A DNA stretch of 64,000 bases from the human T2T-CHM13v2.0 reference genome, Homo sapiens (GCF_009914755.1 NC_060937.1), one strand, 5' to 3'. Counted from the first letter of the stretch, positions 15,350 through 28,689 are shown. Numbers and translations: made by a program. Notes: generated by a model not told the origin, from the sequence alone.

Positions 15350-15400
15350 TTTAAAAGCTCTCCTGGTGATTCTAATATACAGACAAGATGAGCACTGCCT
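15350..15400. mobile_element. MER5-like, right part
   Basis: ttaaaagctctcctggtgattctaat...gagcactg. Confidence 0.55.
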
Positions 15401-15949
15401 CCAGAGAGCAAGAATTAAGGATTTGTGAGAACAGGCTGCCAGTAGGGGCACGAACTTCAGCTAGAGGTTGGCAACCAGATGGAGGGGGATTACATAGAGA
15501 AGAGGCCCAGAAACCCTGCAGAGAGTGATAAAGGGAGCTGATCTCTGGGCCAGGACAGAGAACTCAAGAGAAATTGGCAGTATATCCAGAATTACCTTGT
15601 GGCTGGTAGTTTATGCACCACTGTGCCTGAAAGCATGCCATTCTACCCTGGAATATATGTTATCATTTTCTTCCCTTATTTAATGTGAGAATTTCTCTGT
15701 TATGTGACATATGCATGCTTCTTTAAGGAGCTGAATGAACTACTATGGTGTTGAATAGCTATTGTATTATAATATAGAATCAGAGTCATCTGGGGATTGA
15801 GAACATAAGAATATCTGGCCTCACCCCAAACCTACTGAATCATATTTTTGAAAGGATGATGTACTTATTAGTTTATTAAAAATTCTGATTACTAACCAGG
15901 TTTAGGCATCCGCATTGTTAATCACATACTGCCTGTCATTTACTTCCAT

Positions 15950-16398
15950 GTGTGTTTTCTTCAACTTCCCAAATAGGTTGTTCTGGCAAGGGCTCTTCAG
16001 CATCTGCTTCACTCCAAAGAAATCTCAGGTGTCCTGGCAATTCTATAACTCCTTGCCAGGAGTTAGCTTAGGAACAGATTGATGACCAGCCAATGAACAA
16101 GGGGAAGAGCAGTGGTTTCAGTTAAGGCTTGCTCATGGCTAAGAAAGAAAGACAAGAAGGTTCCACTGCTTTCTTCCTCTGCATGTGGCTTTGTCTGCAT
16201 TTGACCTCTGGGCTTACTGCAGCCACCTCACTGCCAAGCTAGGGAGACTGAGTGAAGAAAACCACGGGGAAGCCGAGCCAGAGCCTGCTGCCATGCCTGG
16301 GTCATCTTGACCTCTTGTTACATGCGATGAATGTTGTTTTGGGGAAGATATTTTGAATTGTGACTTTTTTACTGCAGTCAAAATATCCCATTTGATAT
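15950..16398 (+). mobile_element. Very old MaLR LTR fragment
   Basis: ctgcagccacctc, gacctcttgttacatg, ends ttactgcagtcaaaatatcccatttgata. Confidence 0.4.
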
Positions 16399-18971
16399 AA
16401 CTGTAAACTTCTTGAGAACAGGGAATAAGTATATAAATAGCTACTATGCTTTATTTTACATGCTCTAAGTATAAATCACTATGCATTTTTGTTTGCTAAT
16501 CTTCAATTTGAAATTAACCTACATAAACAAACTTAAGTCAGTCATCAGCTTTTTGAGAGTAACAGGTAAGGAAAGGCTTTGATTTCAAAATTGCTTTTCT
16601 ATGAAATATATATGACTATAAATATACATTTATATATAATATAAATAATATATTAAAAATCTAATGCTTCTATATAATATAAATGTATATATATATTTAT
16701 ATATAAGATACATAAGTTGGCATAACTTTGTCAAAACTGTTTAGAGTAAACAGCAAAAGAAAACTTATAGGCATTAACCAAGAAAATCTATTTTTATGAT
16801 TTTACATGTCATGGTGGATGGGTGATTACCTCTCTTAGGTCCCTCATATTCTTATTTTCAGATTTTGGCATTCCATGTGGAAGTTGGGGGAGTTTGCCTT
16901 CCCCCCTGAAAAAACTCTATTGTAGTCATCCACTGTTACTCATAGGAGTGTTTTGATATCTTCAGGAGACATGTAACAGAAAAATAAAATATTGAGAATC
17001 ACTGTGCTCACAAGAATAACTAATAATCTGGAAAGATATTCACAAGGCATAAAAAAGCAGCTTATAAAGCATTATGTAGAAGATTTTTAAATGGCAGCTT
17101 TACTTTAAATGTATGCACAGAAATAGTGAAAGAACTAGAAAAATATTTGATATGCTAATTACGTTTGTATCAGGGAAATGATTAATCAGTCATCTCCCCT
17201 TTGCTTGTCTGTATTTCTAAAATGAATAGGCATTTTGTAATAGAAAATAAACAAACTAGCACTCAATACATACATTTGCCTTTTCTTCATTTATATTTAT
17301 GTTTTCTGGACCTGTAAGCTAACAGACCCAAACATTTAGATAGAAATTATCATGTACTTGCTAATTTTTAAAAAGGTAAAATGACCAAACATTAAAAAGT
17401 AAAAATAAAAAGCTTAAAGACACTAAAGATTATGCCAGTTCCGAGTCTTAGAGGAAAGATCTGCATAGTGTCTGGTGAACACTGCCTTGCTATATGCAAC
17501 GAACAGGATGGAGAGCCATTCTCCTTTGTTTGATGAAGTTTTCTGAAAGTGAAAAGGAAAAGATGAAGAAAGAAAATGTGTTTGTGGCCTGATATTTACT
17601 AACCCCAGAACATCTTGATATAACTATATAGGCCTTCTTTTTCCCCCTGTTCCCTTCCCAGACCCCTTGGGAACTAATTCCAGGGTACTCATCCTCAACA
17701 TGGTAAATGGGTTAGCAAAGAAGTCAGGTATATCCTCAGTCAGAGCAAGGCTTCCTGCCTCCTTGCCCTAGAAAATCGGTTCCAGGTGTATGGGAACAGC
17801 AATTCCTTTGTGATCCCTCTAGGCCAATTGCCTCTGAAAACAGGCTTATCTCTATACCTCAGCATACTCTACAAATATTATATCATTTTCTTTGTGTATT
17901 ATGATGTGGAAATGGTTGGAAAGAACAGCTTAGAGAACATTGAATTTGGAAGCATTCCAAAAGGACATCTGTAATCTGCCAGGGCACTGCTCATGTTCCA
18001 GGAGCTTAATGTCATGGGAAATAATGAGTTTTCTCATTTCTGCCATTGACTCACTGTAACTTTGAGTAAGACTTAACCTTTGTGGGTCTCTGCAAATGAG
18101 AGGGAAAAAATAAGTGATCTCTGAGGTTCTAATATTCTTTGAGTCCGTGGACAGCTAACAGTGAATGCAAGAAAAGATATAAAGTTGAAATACAGAACTG
18201 GATGCCAGCAGAGCTGGATCTGTGGCACATTTTGTAGAAAATGGCTTTCTTCGGATTCATGAACCTCATCAAATGATGCCTTTTATGCCGCAGCTTTTAG
18301 CATTTACTTGTCTAATTAAAGCAAAATGTCAGGAGACTTATTTCAGACCACATTTCACCATACAATGAGTTCATAGTACCAAAAGCTCTCGGAAAGTCCA
18401 TTTGAAAGAGAGGGCAAATTGAATATTTTAAATAAGAGTTACTAAAGTAGATGTGAGTAATAAAAAACAATGTAAGTCTGAGCTAAATAAATTGTATTTT
18501 AAAAGAGAAAGCAAACTGGAATATTTTACCAATGCTTTTAATCAATTTTTTATTGAACGGCTGTATTCATTTAGTAAAAAAGAAAAGAGGACGTTTCATC
18601 TCATGAAGATAATTAGGATGTTTTATTATCAGTCTTTAGATTGTAGCCAGTTCAGTCATCTTTAGATATGAATTCAACCAAAAATCCCTTAAGAAAACAT
18701 ACAGCATTTTTCAGAGACATCCCAAATTCTAAGAGAAAATGGTCAAAGTTATAGTGAAAAAAGTTTCAGGAAGATTCATAGTACTTCTCTTGCATTACTC
18801 TTGCCAAGGGTTTCTAAGTATTTTGAATTCGTCTCTATCTTCAGAATAATTGCATTCTCAATGGGCTAGAGCCTCTCAATGGGAAATATTTCTTGTACGT
18901 GAGCCAGTTACAGAGAAGCATATTTTATTTGAACAAAATAATGTTAATTTTGAAGAGATTTTTTTCACTAC

Positions 18972-19140
18972 TGCAATGTTTTCTGAAATGTGGGCTGTTT
19001 GTCATTGACCAAGAGATAATTTTAGGTGGTTCATAGACATAATATTAAATAGGATTGAATCACAGTAAAAAATTTACTAAGTGTTCAATTTTTTTCACTA
19101 CTCCCTTATTAAGTCAATAAACATCTTAGTTTGATGCTAA
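18972..19140 (+). mobile_element. hAT-Charlie (MER113-like), 5' part
   Basis: attttaggtggttcatagacataatattaaataggattgaatcaca...ttagtttgatgcta matches recalled MER113 5' region. Confidence 0.6.
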
Positions 19141-19199
19141 TTCATTTTTCCTGTTTGTAACTTAATGTAATTCTGGACAGGTAATGTAAATATATTGTT

Positions 19200-19611
19200 T
19201 ACAGTATGGCTTCTCTCTACCGCATAATGTTCGGGGCTTCAGTTTGGGAGACTTGCATGGCTAGAATGTCTCAAACAGGTAGGAGCTGGAACCAACAGAA
19301 GGGTCTTCCCCTGTTTCTCCACCTGGGCTCCGCTGGGACTGTTGGTCACAGTGCCTACAAGCCACCCGCCATGTTGATTGGACTTCTCACAGCATGAAGA
19401 CTGTTTCTAAGAGGGCGTTTATGGAGAGTGGGCAATTGAGGAGACTTGGGCAAAGGCTGCATAACCTTGAAAATCATATAGCATCACTTCTGCCATACTG
19501 TACCAGTCAAAGAAGTCACAATCCTGTCAGGTTAGAAAAGAAGGAATATAAACCAAATTCTCAATATAGAGTGTGTCAGAGAATCTGGAGCAACACTTTA
19601 CAATTACAACA
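19200..19611 (-). mobile_element. MLT1 LTR 5' end plus core (inverted arm A)
   Basis: catcacttctgccatactgtaccagtcaaagaagtcaca is a reverse MLT1 motif; reverse complement of 20842-21230. Confidence 0.85.
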
Positions 19612-20083
19612 ATGTTTAGAAGAGCACACTGATGTTGCTTGTGTGTATCTGGTAGCTTTTATATGCCAGGCCTTTTTTTATCTCATTTCTTTGTCTCATT
19701 TTTCCTTCTTCTTGCACTGTATTAATAGTTGTTTTGTTCTACCAGCCTTCTGCTATGCTTTGCTAATGTTGATCCTAAATTTACAGTTTGTTTTGCTATT
19801 AAATATTAATTTTTAAGAACTTTATGAGGTTTTCAGTATTCTTATCCTTCTCTCCAGAAAATAAGCAACTTACCATGTTTTAACTACTCCTTTATCCTTT
19901 TCCCTTTTGAAGTCCATATTATTGTCTTACAGAAATTTAGTTCCAAATCTTACAAAAACAAAACTAATAGTAGTAAAAGTACTATCTAAGGTGTGTAATT
20001 CACTAGACTTAGGTTTGTTTTTGCAATGCACATCCTCTCAGTTCACTTGTATTCATTCTTTCATAATTGCTTATTATATTCCC

Positions 20084-20383
20084 TTTTTTTTTTTTTTTTT
20101 TTTTGAGGCAGGGTCTTCTTCTGTTGCCCAGGCTGAGTGCAGTGGTATGATCACGACTCACTGCAGCTTCAATCTCCTGGGCCCAAGTGATCCTCCTACC
20201 TCAACCTCCCAAGTAGCTGGGAGCAGAAGTATGCACCGCTATGCCTCGCTAATTTTTAAATTTTTTGTAGAGACAGGGTCTCCCTATGTTGCCAGGCTGG
20301 TCTTGAATGCCTGGGTTCAAGCAATCCTCCTGCCTTGGCCTCCCAAAGTGCTGAATTTCAGGCATGAGCCACTGTGTGCATCC
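20084..20383 (-). mobile_element. AluJ
   Basis: gcagggtct..., gatcacgactcactgcagc, tccctatgttgccaggctggtcttgaa are J-type diagnostics. Confidence 0.93.
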
Positions 20384-20419
20384 TAACTATATTATTTAAT
20401 GATTCTTTCAGTGGTTCTA

Positions 20420-20650
20420 GGCCTATCTTGATTGGAATGTCCTTTGGACTTTTATATTTTTTCTTTAAATTGACTCAAGTTTTAAAATTTTACCTAAATA
20501 TATTATAAAGGAATTCTTCTTTGCCATAAGTAGATGGTAATTAAAATTAGTACAATGAAAGTAAAGTTACTACAGTTCAGCTTGATTCAATTAACTGGTG
20601 GAGTATTAGATCTTTCTGTTTAAAAGGGATATTTGCAAGTGTTTAAACCC
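20420..20650 (-). mobile_element. hAT-Charlie (MER113-like), 3' part, opposite orientation to its 5' part
   Basis: Reverse strand reads aacacttgcaaatatcccttttaaacag...tttcattgtactaattttaattaccatctacttatggcaag...gagtcaatttaaagaaaaa. Confidence 0.55.
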
Positions 20651-20841
20651 AGTAATAATGGGAGATAAAACAAGGCATGGAAGTACATATAATCCTATTT
20701 AGGTAAGACAAATGATATAATACATATTTGAATGAATTGATAATGGAAGAATTTTTAAAAATCTAGTAATAACATTTGCCTTCAAGAAGGAAGAATGAGA
20801 TGGGGATCCAATGTGGGATGGAGACTTTTTATTGGAATTGT

Positions 20842-21323
20842 CAGATCCTCTGACACACTCCATATTGAGAATTTTGCTTATATTCCTTCTTTTTGAATCT
20901 GGCAGGGTTGTGACCTCTTTGACTGGTACAGTATGGCAGAAGTGACACTATATGATTTTCAAGCTTATGCAGCCTTTGCCCAAGTCTCCTCAATTGCCTA
21001 CTCTCCATAAACGCCTTCTCAGAAACAGTCTTCGTGCTGTGAGAAGTCCAATCAACATGGCGGATTGCTTGTAGGCACTGTGACCAACAGTCTCAGCTGA
21101 GCCCAGGTGGAGACGTGGAGGAAGAACCTTCTGTTGGTTCCAGCTCCTACCTGTTTGAGACATTCTAGCCATGCAAGTCTCCCAAACTGAAGCCCCAAAC
21201 ATTATGAGGTAGAGAGAAGCAATATCTGTAATCCCACAGGTTCAATAAAATAATAAAGTAGCTGTTATTTTATGCCACACAGTTTTGGGGTAATTAGTAA
21301 CACAGCAATAATAAATTGGCACA
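20842..21323 (+). mobile_element. MLT1 LTR core plus 3' end (inverted arm B)
   Basis: cagtatggcagaagtgacactatatgattttc; 3' end tgttattttatgccacacagttttggggtaatt..cacagcaata. Confidence 0.88.
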
Positions 21324-21329
21324 ATAAAA

Positions 21330-22500
21330 TATGTTTAGTTATGGCTGTATTTGAATGTTATATAAGTGAATTTATAATCTATGCACTCTTTTGTGTCTGG
21401 TTTCTTTCTCCCAACACTGCATATTTAAAATTCAGCCATTTCGTTGTGAGTCGCCATAGCTCATTTATTTTCATTGTTTTCTATCATGCTATTATAGAAG
21501 TATGCCCTAATTTACTTGTGCATTCTGCTATTGATGGACATTAGGTTTGTTTCCAGTTTAGGGGCTACTGAGAATAATGCTGCTAGGCACATTTTTATAT
21601 ATTATTCTGGTTATATGTGTCCACAAATTCAGTACTTAGGACTGGAATGCATAATTTTGTTTGCCAAAATAGTTGTGACAATTCACACTCCCTAAAGTAG
21701 TATGTGAAAATTTCTGTTTCTCCTCAAACTTTAGTATTGCCAGACTTTTACATTTTCTCAACCTGATGGGGTATAGTGGTATCATTGTGGTATTAATTTG
21801 CATTTTATTGATTACTAATAAGGTTCAGCATCTGTTTATATTTAATGGCTATTTGGATTTCTTCTGTTGTAAAGTGCTTACTCTTATATTACATTGTTAT
21901 ATTAATGTATTGGATTTTACTAATGTTTTGTATTACCTTTTCAATTTAATTTTAAATAAGTATTTCATGTATTTTCTAGATGTTGTTCCTCATCAGTTAT
22001 ACATATTGCAAATATCTTCTCTTAATCTTTGGCTTATTATTTCACTTTCTTTTTTGTGTCTTTCAAAAGATTCTCAATTCTAATATAGAAAAATTTTCAA
22101 TTTGGCAAGACACAGTGGCTCACACCTGAATTCCCAGAACTTTGGGAGGCAAGGCGGGTGGATCACTTGAGGTCAGGAATTCGAGACCAGCCTGGCTAAC
22201 AAGGTGAAACCCCATCTCCACTAAAAGTACAAAAATTAGCTGGGCGTGGTGGTGCGCCTGTAGTCCCAGCTACTGGGGAAGCTGAGGCAGAGAATTGCTT
22301 GAACCCGGGAGGTGGAGGTTGCAGTGGGCCCAGATTATGTGCCACTGCACTCCAGCAGCCTGGGTGACAGAGTGAGACTCTGTCTCAAAAAAAAAAAAAA
22401 AAAAGATAGGACAGGACAAGACAAGACAAGAAAAATTATCAATTTCTTTGGTACAGACAATGTCTGAGATAAATATTGCCAGTCCTTGAAGGTGCAAAAT
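21330..22500 (-). mobile_element. L1ME-like fragment (Alu inserted)
   Basis: ctcttttgtgtctggtttctttc, ttgatggacattaggtttgtttccagttt, cattgtggtattaatttgcattt. Confidence 0.8.
22104..22430 (+). mobile_element. AluS with poly-A and (GACAA)n tail
   Basis: Both arms; TSD-like agaaaaatt(t/a)tcaatt on both sides. Confidence 0.96.
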
Positions 22501-22544
22501 ATTTCTACTCTTTACAGATTGCTTTTAAGTATTTTTTTAGATGG

Positions 22545-25325
22545 CATCAACTTAACTCATTTCATAAAGCAAGTATGAACTTGGTATGAAAATTAAACAA
22601 GGAAAAAACAAGAAAAGAAAACCGCAGTCAAATCTAATTTATAAACATAAATACAAGTATATTAACGAAAATTCCTTTTAAAAAATACACAAAACAGTGT
22701 ATTAAAATATACATTACTGCCAAGTAGATTTATCCTAGGAATATAAGAATGGTTCATTGTCAGAAAAAGAAATCAATGTAATTCACTACAATGACAAATC
22801 ATAACAGAAAAAAATATAAACACATCAAAAGGTGTAGAAACAGTATTTGATGAAATTTCACATTTGCCTATGATACTTACTCTTATTAAATTAGGATGAG
22901 AGAACTTCTTCAATCTGGTAAAAGATATTTATTAAAAATTTGAAACAAGCTGCATAATTATCAGTGAAACTTTAAAGGATCACAATTGTGTCAAAATTAA
23001 CAGAGGACCTAGGTAAGACAAAGACAAAATACAACAACCACACACACACACAAAAAAAGGAAAATACTGATACTAATACAAAGTAAAGTGAAAAAGGAAG
23101 AGAAAGAAGATATCTAAGATATTAAGTCGTCATTATTATTTCCAGAAGCTATGATGGTATACCTGAAAAAGCTGAGAAAAATTCTATAATCTGTTAGAGC
23201 AAATAAAAAGAGCCGAGTAATCTTGCAGTATCTAACATACCTACATATGTTAGATATGTACGTATCAACAGTATCTAACGTAAGTTGTAGGAGAACATTA
23301 GGAATTTTTATAAAATTGTTATTGAAGGACATAAAATGAAGTCATCAGTGGGCTACTTTCACAGCTAGTCTCTTTCCTTCTGCCTGTGCCCCTCTGCAGT
23401 GTATTCTCATCACCAGCAGGCACAGCGATCCTTCTACAATACAGGGTAGATCCATCCAAAATTTGCCAGTCTTCGTTTCTCATTCAGAATAAAGCCAGAG
23501 TCCATAACAGGTTTCGACAAGATCCCTGGTCTAGTCCCTACTGCAATTCTGACCTCACCCACTGCGCTACCCTTTGTTTTCATTTCCACTCACCCTGCTC
23601 CAGTCTTTCAGTCTTTTTGCTTTTCCTAGAACCAGGAAATTTCCACTTTAGAGTCTTAGAGTCTTGGCACTGTCGGTTCCCTCTATTCGAAATGCCTGTC
23701 CCCAAAACACCCCTGACTTTCTTGGGTCTCTGTTCAAATGTCACATGATCAGTGAGGCAGTCCCTAATTCCTTTCCCACATAAAGTTCTGTTTTCTGTCC
23801 TGGCATCCTCTGTCCACTTTCTTGGGCTGTTTCTCTGTAGCACCATTCGCCAACTCATGTTTCATACATTGATTGCTTCCTTGTTTGTCTCCTCCCTTTT
23901 GATCACAAACTTCAACAGGGAAGCGATTGGTCTGGCACCACTGCATTTTACGTAACTGGGTAAGTTCAAGGATGAGAAGGTGCAGTAGTAATTTTCGAAT
24001 GTTGTTTCTCATCAAAATATCTATAGATATAAGGAAACCCGCCAATCAACATTTCTACAAGATATTTCCTGAAAATAAGGAAACTGATTCTAAAATGCAT
24101 AAAGAATAAAAGCATAAAAATCTATCTGAAGAAAAATAAACACAAGAGATTTGCCCTCCCCAAGCATTTGTATATATCTATAATAATTAATACAGTATTT
24201 TATCAGTGTAGTTTTAATTAAAAATGGAAAACATTAGAGTCCAATGCCAGATATTGTATATGAGGTATTTGATGTATGACTGAGGAATTATTTTAATCAT
24301 TAGCGAAGGATAAGCCATTTAATAAATGTTAAGGTTTTATAATATATAAAACTGGCTTTATAATATATATATATATATAAAATGTATATATGTATATAAC
24401 TTTGTTTTACACCAAACATAAGAAAAATCATAGAGGGTCACATTCTTAAATGTGAAAATAAACTTTAAAACTGTTGGAATAAAATAGATATTATATTTAC
24501 GACCTTGGAGTAGGAAAGGTTCCCTAGATAAGAACCTAGAAATACAAGTCATGAAGAAAAACACAGCACAAACAAATGTTTGACTATGGCAAAATATATA
24601 CACTTTTTTTGCCAAAAAAGGCATAAGCCAAGTAAAATGACAAGTTACATTCTGAGAAAAGATATCTGCAACATGCAGTGCAGACAGTTAATTAAGAATC
24701 AAGGTGGAAAATATTGCCTAATGGAAAAATAATCAAAGCATTTGAAAAGGCAATTTAGATAAAAGGAAATGCAATGACTAACACATATATGAAAATATAG
24801 TTGCATTACTAGTAATTGAAAAAATGCAAATCTAAAAACAGTGACATACCATTGCACAATAATCAGATTGACATACAAAAAATATTTTTAAAACTTTGGT
24901 AACACCACATTTTGATGAAGTTGTAGAGAAAAAGGAAATCTCATACATTGCAGGTGGGAGGTAATTGGGTGCAACCACTTTGGAAGAATTTTTCAATGTT
25001 TAGCACATTTGTAAAGGCTGCTCATGTGTAACAGGAGACATTTATGGAACTATTCATTGTAGCAGTTCTTGAAACTTAAAAAAAAAGTGAGAACAAGCTA
25101 TGTCTACAAATAGAATGGATAAAATGAACAATCTATGTCTATATGTATCAATAGGGATGGCTCACTCAATGGATGCTAAATTCATAACAGGAGCTATTTT
25201 TGGGAAATTGAAAAAACTGGTCCTGAAGGACAAAAGTGACATCCACTCCATCTATATAATATTTTCTTTCTTTTATAGAAAAATATGCAGTAAAATAATA
25301 AATTACAAATATTAATTATTGATAG
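22545..25325 (+). mobile_element. L1ME-like ORF2/3' remnant, interrupted
   Basis: gatttatcctaggaatataagaatggttca, gtatttgatgaaattt, ctcatacattgcaggtgggag, caaccactttggaa. Confidence 0.8.
23360..23940 (+). mobile_element. L2-like segment
   Basis: ctcattcagaataaagccagagtcc, gttccctctattcgaaatg, gtctctgttcaaatgtcac. Confidence 0.65.
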
Positions 25326-25364
25326 GGTTATGTATATACCAACAGACATTTTAACAAGAATGCA

Positions 25365-25491
25365 TGGGAGGCTGAGGCAGGAGAATTGCTTGAACTGGGA
25401 CCTGGAGGGCAGAGGTTGCAGTGAGCTGAGATCACTCCACTGCATTCCAGGCTGGGCTTCACAGCGAGATTCTGTCTCAAAAAAAAAAAAA
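25365..25491 (+). mobile_element. 5'-truncated Alu right arm
   Basis: gggaggctgaggcaggagaattgcttgaac...poly-A; TSD aagaatgca on both sides. Confidence 0.93.
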
Positions 25492-26933
25492 GAATGCAGA
25501 GGTGTTCCCCAAATGATTGAAGTTTAGGAAATGGCATTCCAATTTTCGTAGGTTCGATGACATCTTGAATGTATTACTGTATCTGTAAAGTGATCATTTT
25601 TTCAGCTGGAATAAACTTATTCTGACTTGAGACAGTCATACCCATGATCTTGGTCTTTTGGTTAACTTTTATTTTGTTAATTGAGCATATCACGGTCTTG
25701 GTAAAATGATTAAATATATTGTGTTCATTGATTCATAATAGAGCTGCAAATTACCTTGAAAGAATGAAAGACTATATGCAAATCCCCTATCATTATGACG
25801 ACTGAACAGTTGTTCATTCACAGGTGCAAACTATGCATATGGTACCTTTTACATCCCATATGGACTAGTGTTGAATAAGATTAATTTGTTAATTGTTTCC
25901 CAAATAAAATTGCCAACAGTCCCCATTCATTTTAATACAATGTCTAAACCTGGAACTATGCTATTCCCGAACTTTTTTTTTTTGGTCAAAAAAGAAAATA
26001 GATCCAATGCTCACCTCTATACATGTTGAGTTCTCTCTTCAAGTAGGACATATATTGCCATCTTTTATTACTGTTGTCTTAGTGATTTGATAACACGGCC
26101 CAATTAGTTAAAATACATTTAATGACCACTAAATATAATATGCACTGTACTAGGTTCTGGGAACATAATGAAGAATGGAATTCAGAACCTGTCCTGAAGG
26201 AGTTAACAATAGGGAGGTTATGGTGAATACAATGTCTATGAATTGCCTTCTAAAAGGAAAACAATGCAATTACTCTAAAATGTATGTCTTTTCTTTTCTG
26301 AAACTGTCCTAGACATTTCATTAAAGGTTAGGGAATATATATAAGTAAATAATAACTAAGTTACTGGAGAGATGATGTAATAAATAAAAATACATAAATT
26401 CCTCTGAGATAGCATATTAAATGGTGCTAAATAGAATGAAATCAATTTAAACAAGAATTAAGTGTAAGCATAAGATCAGTAGATAATGCCTCCATGCAGA
26501 AAAAAACAAACAAGACTTCTAGAAAGAGGCACCTCAGGATTGGCATTTCCTTAATGAATTTCAGGCAGGTTACCATCTCCAGTGGGGCTGGTGAAGAGCT
26601 CTAAGATGTCTATTGAAAATGAGTGAGCTGCTACTGTGATTCTGAAAGACAAATTTAAGCCTGAGTTTACAGAGCCCTATGAAGGCATCATCTCTGCAGA
26701 TAGTTGCAGTCATTCTACCCAAACAGACAAATGAAATCCTAAGACACTTTAGTACATCCTCAAACTTTAGCCAAGAATACAGAGAAAGAGAGAGAGGGTA
26801 AACAAGGGAGATAGAAGAGAGAGAAAGAATTAAGTCAATTACAATTAGGTACTAATGTCATTAAAACCTTACATTGTAATACTTAAAGGAGTTGGCTTAG
26901 CTTAAATTTAAATAAATTAAATCTGAAAGAATC

Positions 26934-27370
26934 TGATATGGTCTGGATCTGTTTTCCCACCAAATCTCATGTCAAATTGTAATCCGCAGTGTTGGAGGTG
27001 GTGGCCTGGTGGGTGTTCATTAGATCATGGGGGCGGACATCTCATGAATAGGTTAGCACCATCCCCTGGTTGCTGTTCTCGTGACAGTGAGTGAGTGAGC
27101 TGTCAGGAGATCTGGTTGTTTTAAAGGGTGTAGCAACTCCCCCTCCCTCTCTCTTGCTCCTGATCCAGCCATGTAAAACATGACTTCTTCCCCTTCATCT
27201 TCTGTTATGATTTTAAGTTTCCTGAAGCCTCCCCAGAAGCTGAGCAGATGCCAGCATCATGCTTCCTGTACAGCCTGCAGAACTGTGAGCTAATTAAACC
27301 TCTTTTCTTTATATTAATAAATTACCCATCTCAGGCATTTCCTATAGCAGTGTGAGAACAGACTAATACA
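26934..27370 (+). mobile_element. MST (MSTA/B, MaLR) solo LTR, complete
   Basis: tgatatggtctggatctg..ccaccaaatctcatg start; gactaataca end; 5 bp TSD gaatc/gagtc. Confidence 0.93.
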
Positions 27371-28689
27371 GAGTCATTATGATTTCTATTCTTTCTATCA
27401 AGCTTTCTTCCTATTAAATTCAAATAAATTTAGTCTGAAATAGACATAGTTCTTATTCTTTCCACCAAGGTATTTTTTCCATGAACTATTTGAGTGTGTT
27501 AAAATGTATGTTATCATTTATATAAAAGAGAAAATATACATTTTAATATTTCATTGACAAATGGAAGCATATTTTAAAGACATAAAATGACAAGTCAATG
27601 AAGATGTCTAATAAAAACCATAAATGACTATTAAGTTTAACTTTTCAAAAATGTATTCCTTATTTTAAAGTTTCTTTAATACAGTAAGGTAAAGGCTTAG
27701 GCACTCTCAGTTGGCTGCGCTGACAAATGGCAAATACATCATATAAGATGTAAGTGTCCTAAAAGCAGACATTGCCTCTCTGACATATTGGTGAATAAAT
27801 AGTCTAGATAGCTAGGGAAAAAAAAAAAACCCTGATAATTTGCTCCTTTAAGTTATGTGGGGTTGACAGTGTCAGCATGATGCTTCCTCACAGCATAGCC
27901 TCAGATGCAACTTGAAGCAATTAAGGAAGGAAGAAACGTTTGAGTTATGAGTTTAGCTGCACCAAGGAGTTTGAGCTAAGCAGAGGGCAATTGAAAGGAT
28001 CGGCAAATAGAAAAGCATGTCATTATTGCCTAAAATATTTAATTTCTGAGAAAAGTTTATTTTAATAATCATTAATTTGTTGACCATTTTTACAAATAAG
28101 GTGTTTCATGGTAACACTCATTCTGCTTTTGGGACATCCATAATGACTGAATAAACTGAGCACAATGAAATGGGTAATTATTTTCATCTGCTTACTTTGA
28201 GACAAGTAGCTTTGACGAATAGGTATATGCAGCATGAAAATATGTGTTTCATAACTAGGATCACCAATTCTCAGTAATATAGAAAGATTTTATTCAATTT
28301 TGTACCATTCTTTTCTTTAGCTTTTCCTGTATCTTGGTTTGGATTTTAGATTTAAAGTAGTTTGCTGTTCATCAAGTTATCTACTGGAGATTAGTAAATA
28401 AAATCAGAGTGGTTGAATTTCATTCATTCAGGAGCCATGTAATCACCATTTATAGAATATTAAATATATATGAGAGCCTGCAGTTTCATGCTGTAAATAC
28501 TGAAAAATATGTTAAGCATATATAATTAAAACTGTTGAATACAATGAGATTTTAATTTTTCTTGTGATTTAAAATATTAACATTAAACTAACCTTTTTAC
28601 TATAAGGGGAAGGTATTTCATAGGTATTGATAACACTGATTTTTATGTACTTTGTGTGGTACATTTTTATATGCTAATAGTGTGCTTGA

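Noticed and set aside
15436-15452. CTCF-like motif tgccagtaggggcac
   Set aside because: One base short of the core CCASYAGRKGGC spacing; unsupported.
16605-16710. AT-rich quasi-palindrome
   Set aside because: Low-complexity TA sequence gives self-complementarity by chance.
19907-20386. Longest ORF (159 aa)
   Set aside because: Its C-terminal half is antisense AluJ translation after a poly-T (poly-Phe) run; not a gene.
19206-21202. Apparent paralogous small proteins (19206 +, 19394 +, 20990 -)
   Set aside because: Both are translations of the duplicated non-coding MLT1 core, with no coding features.
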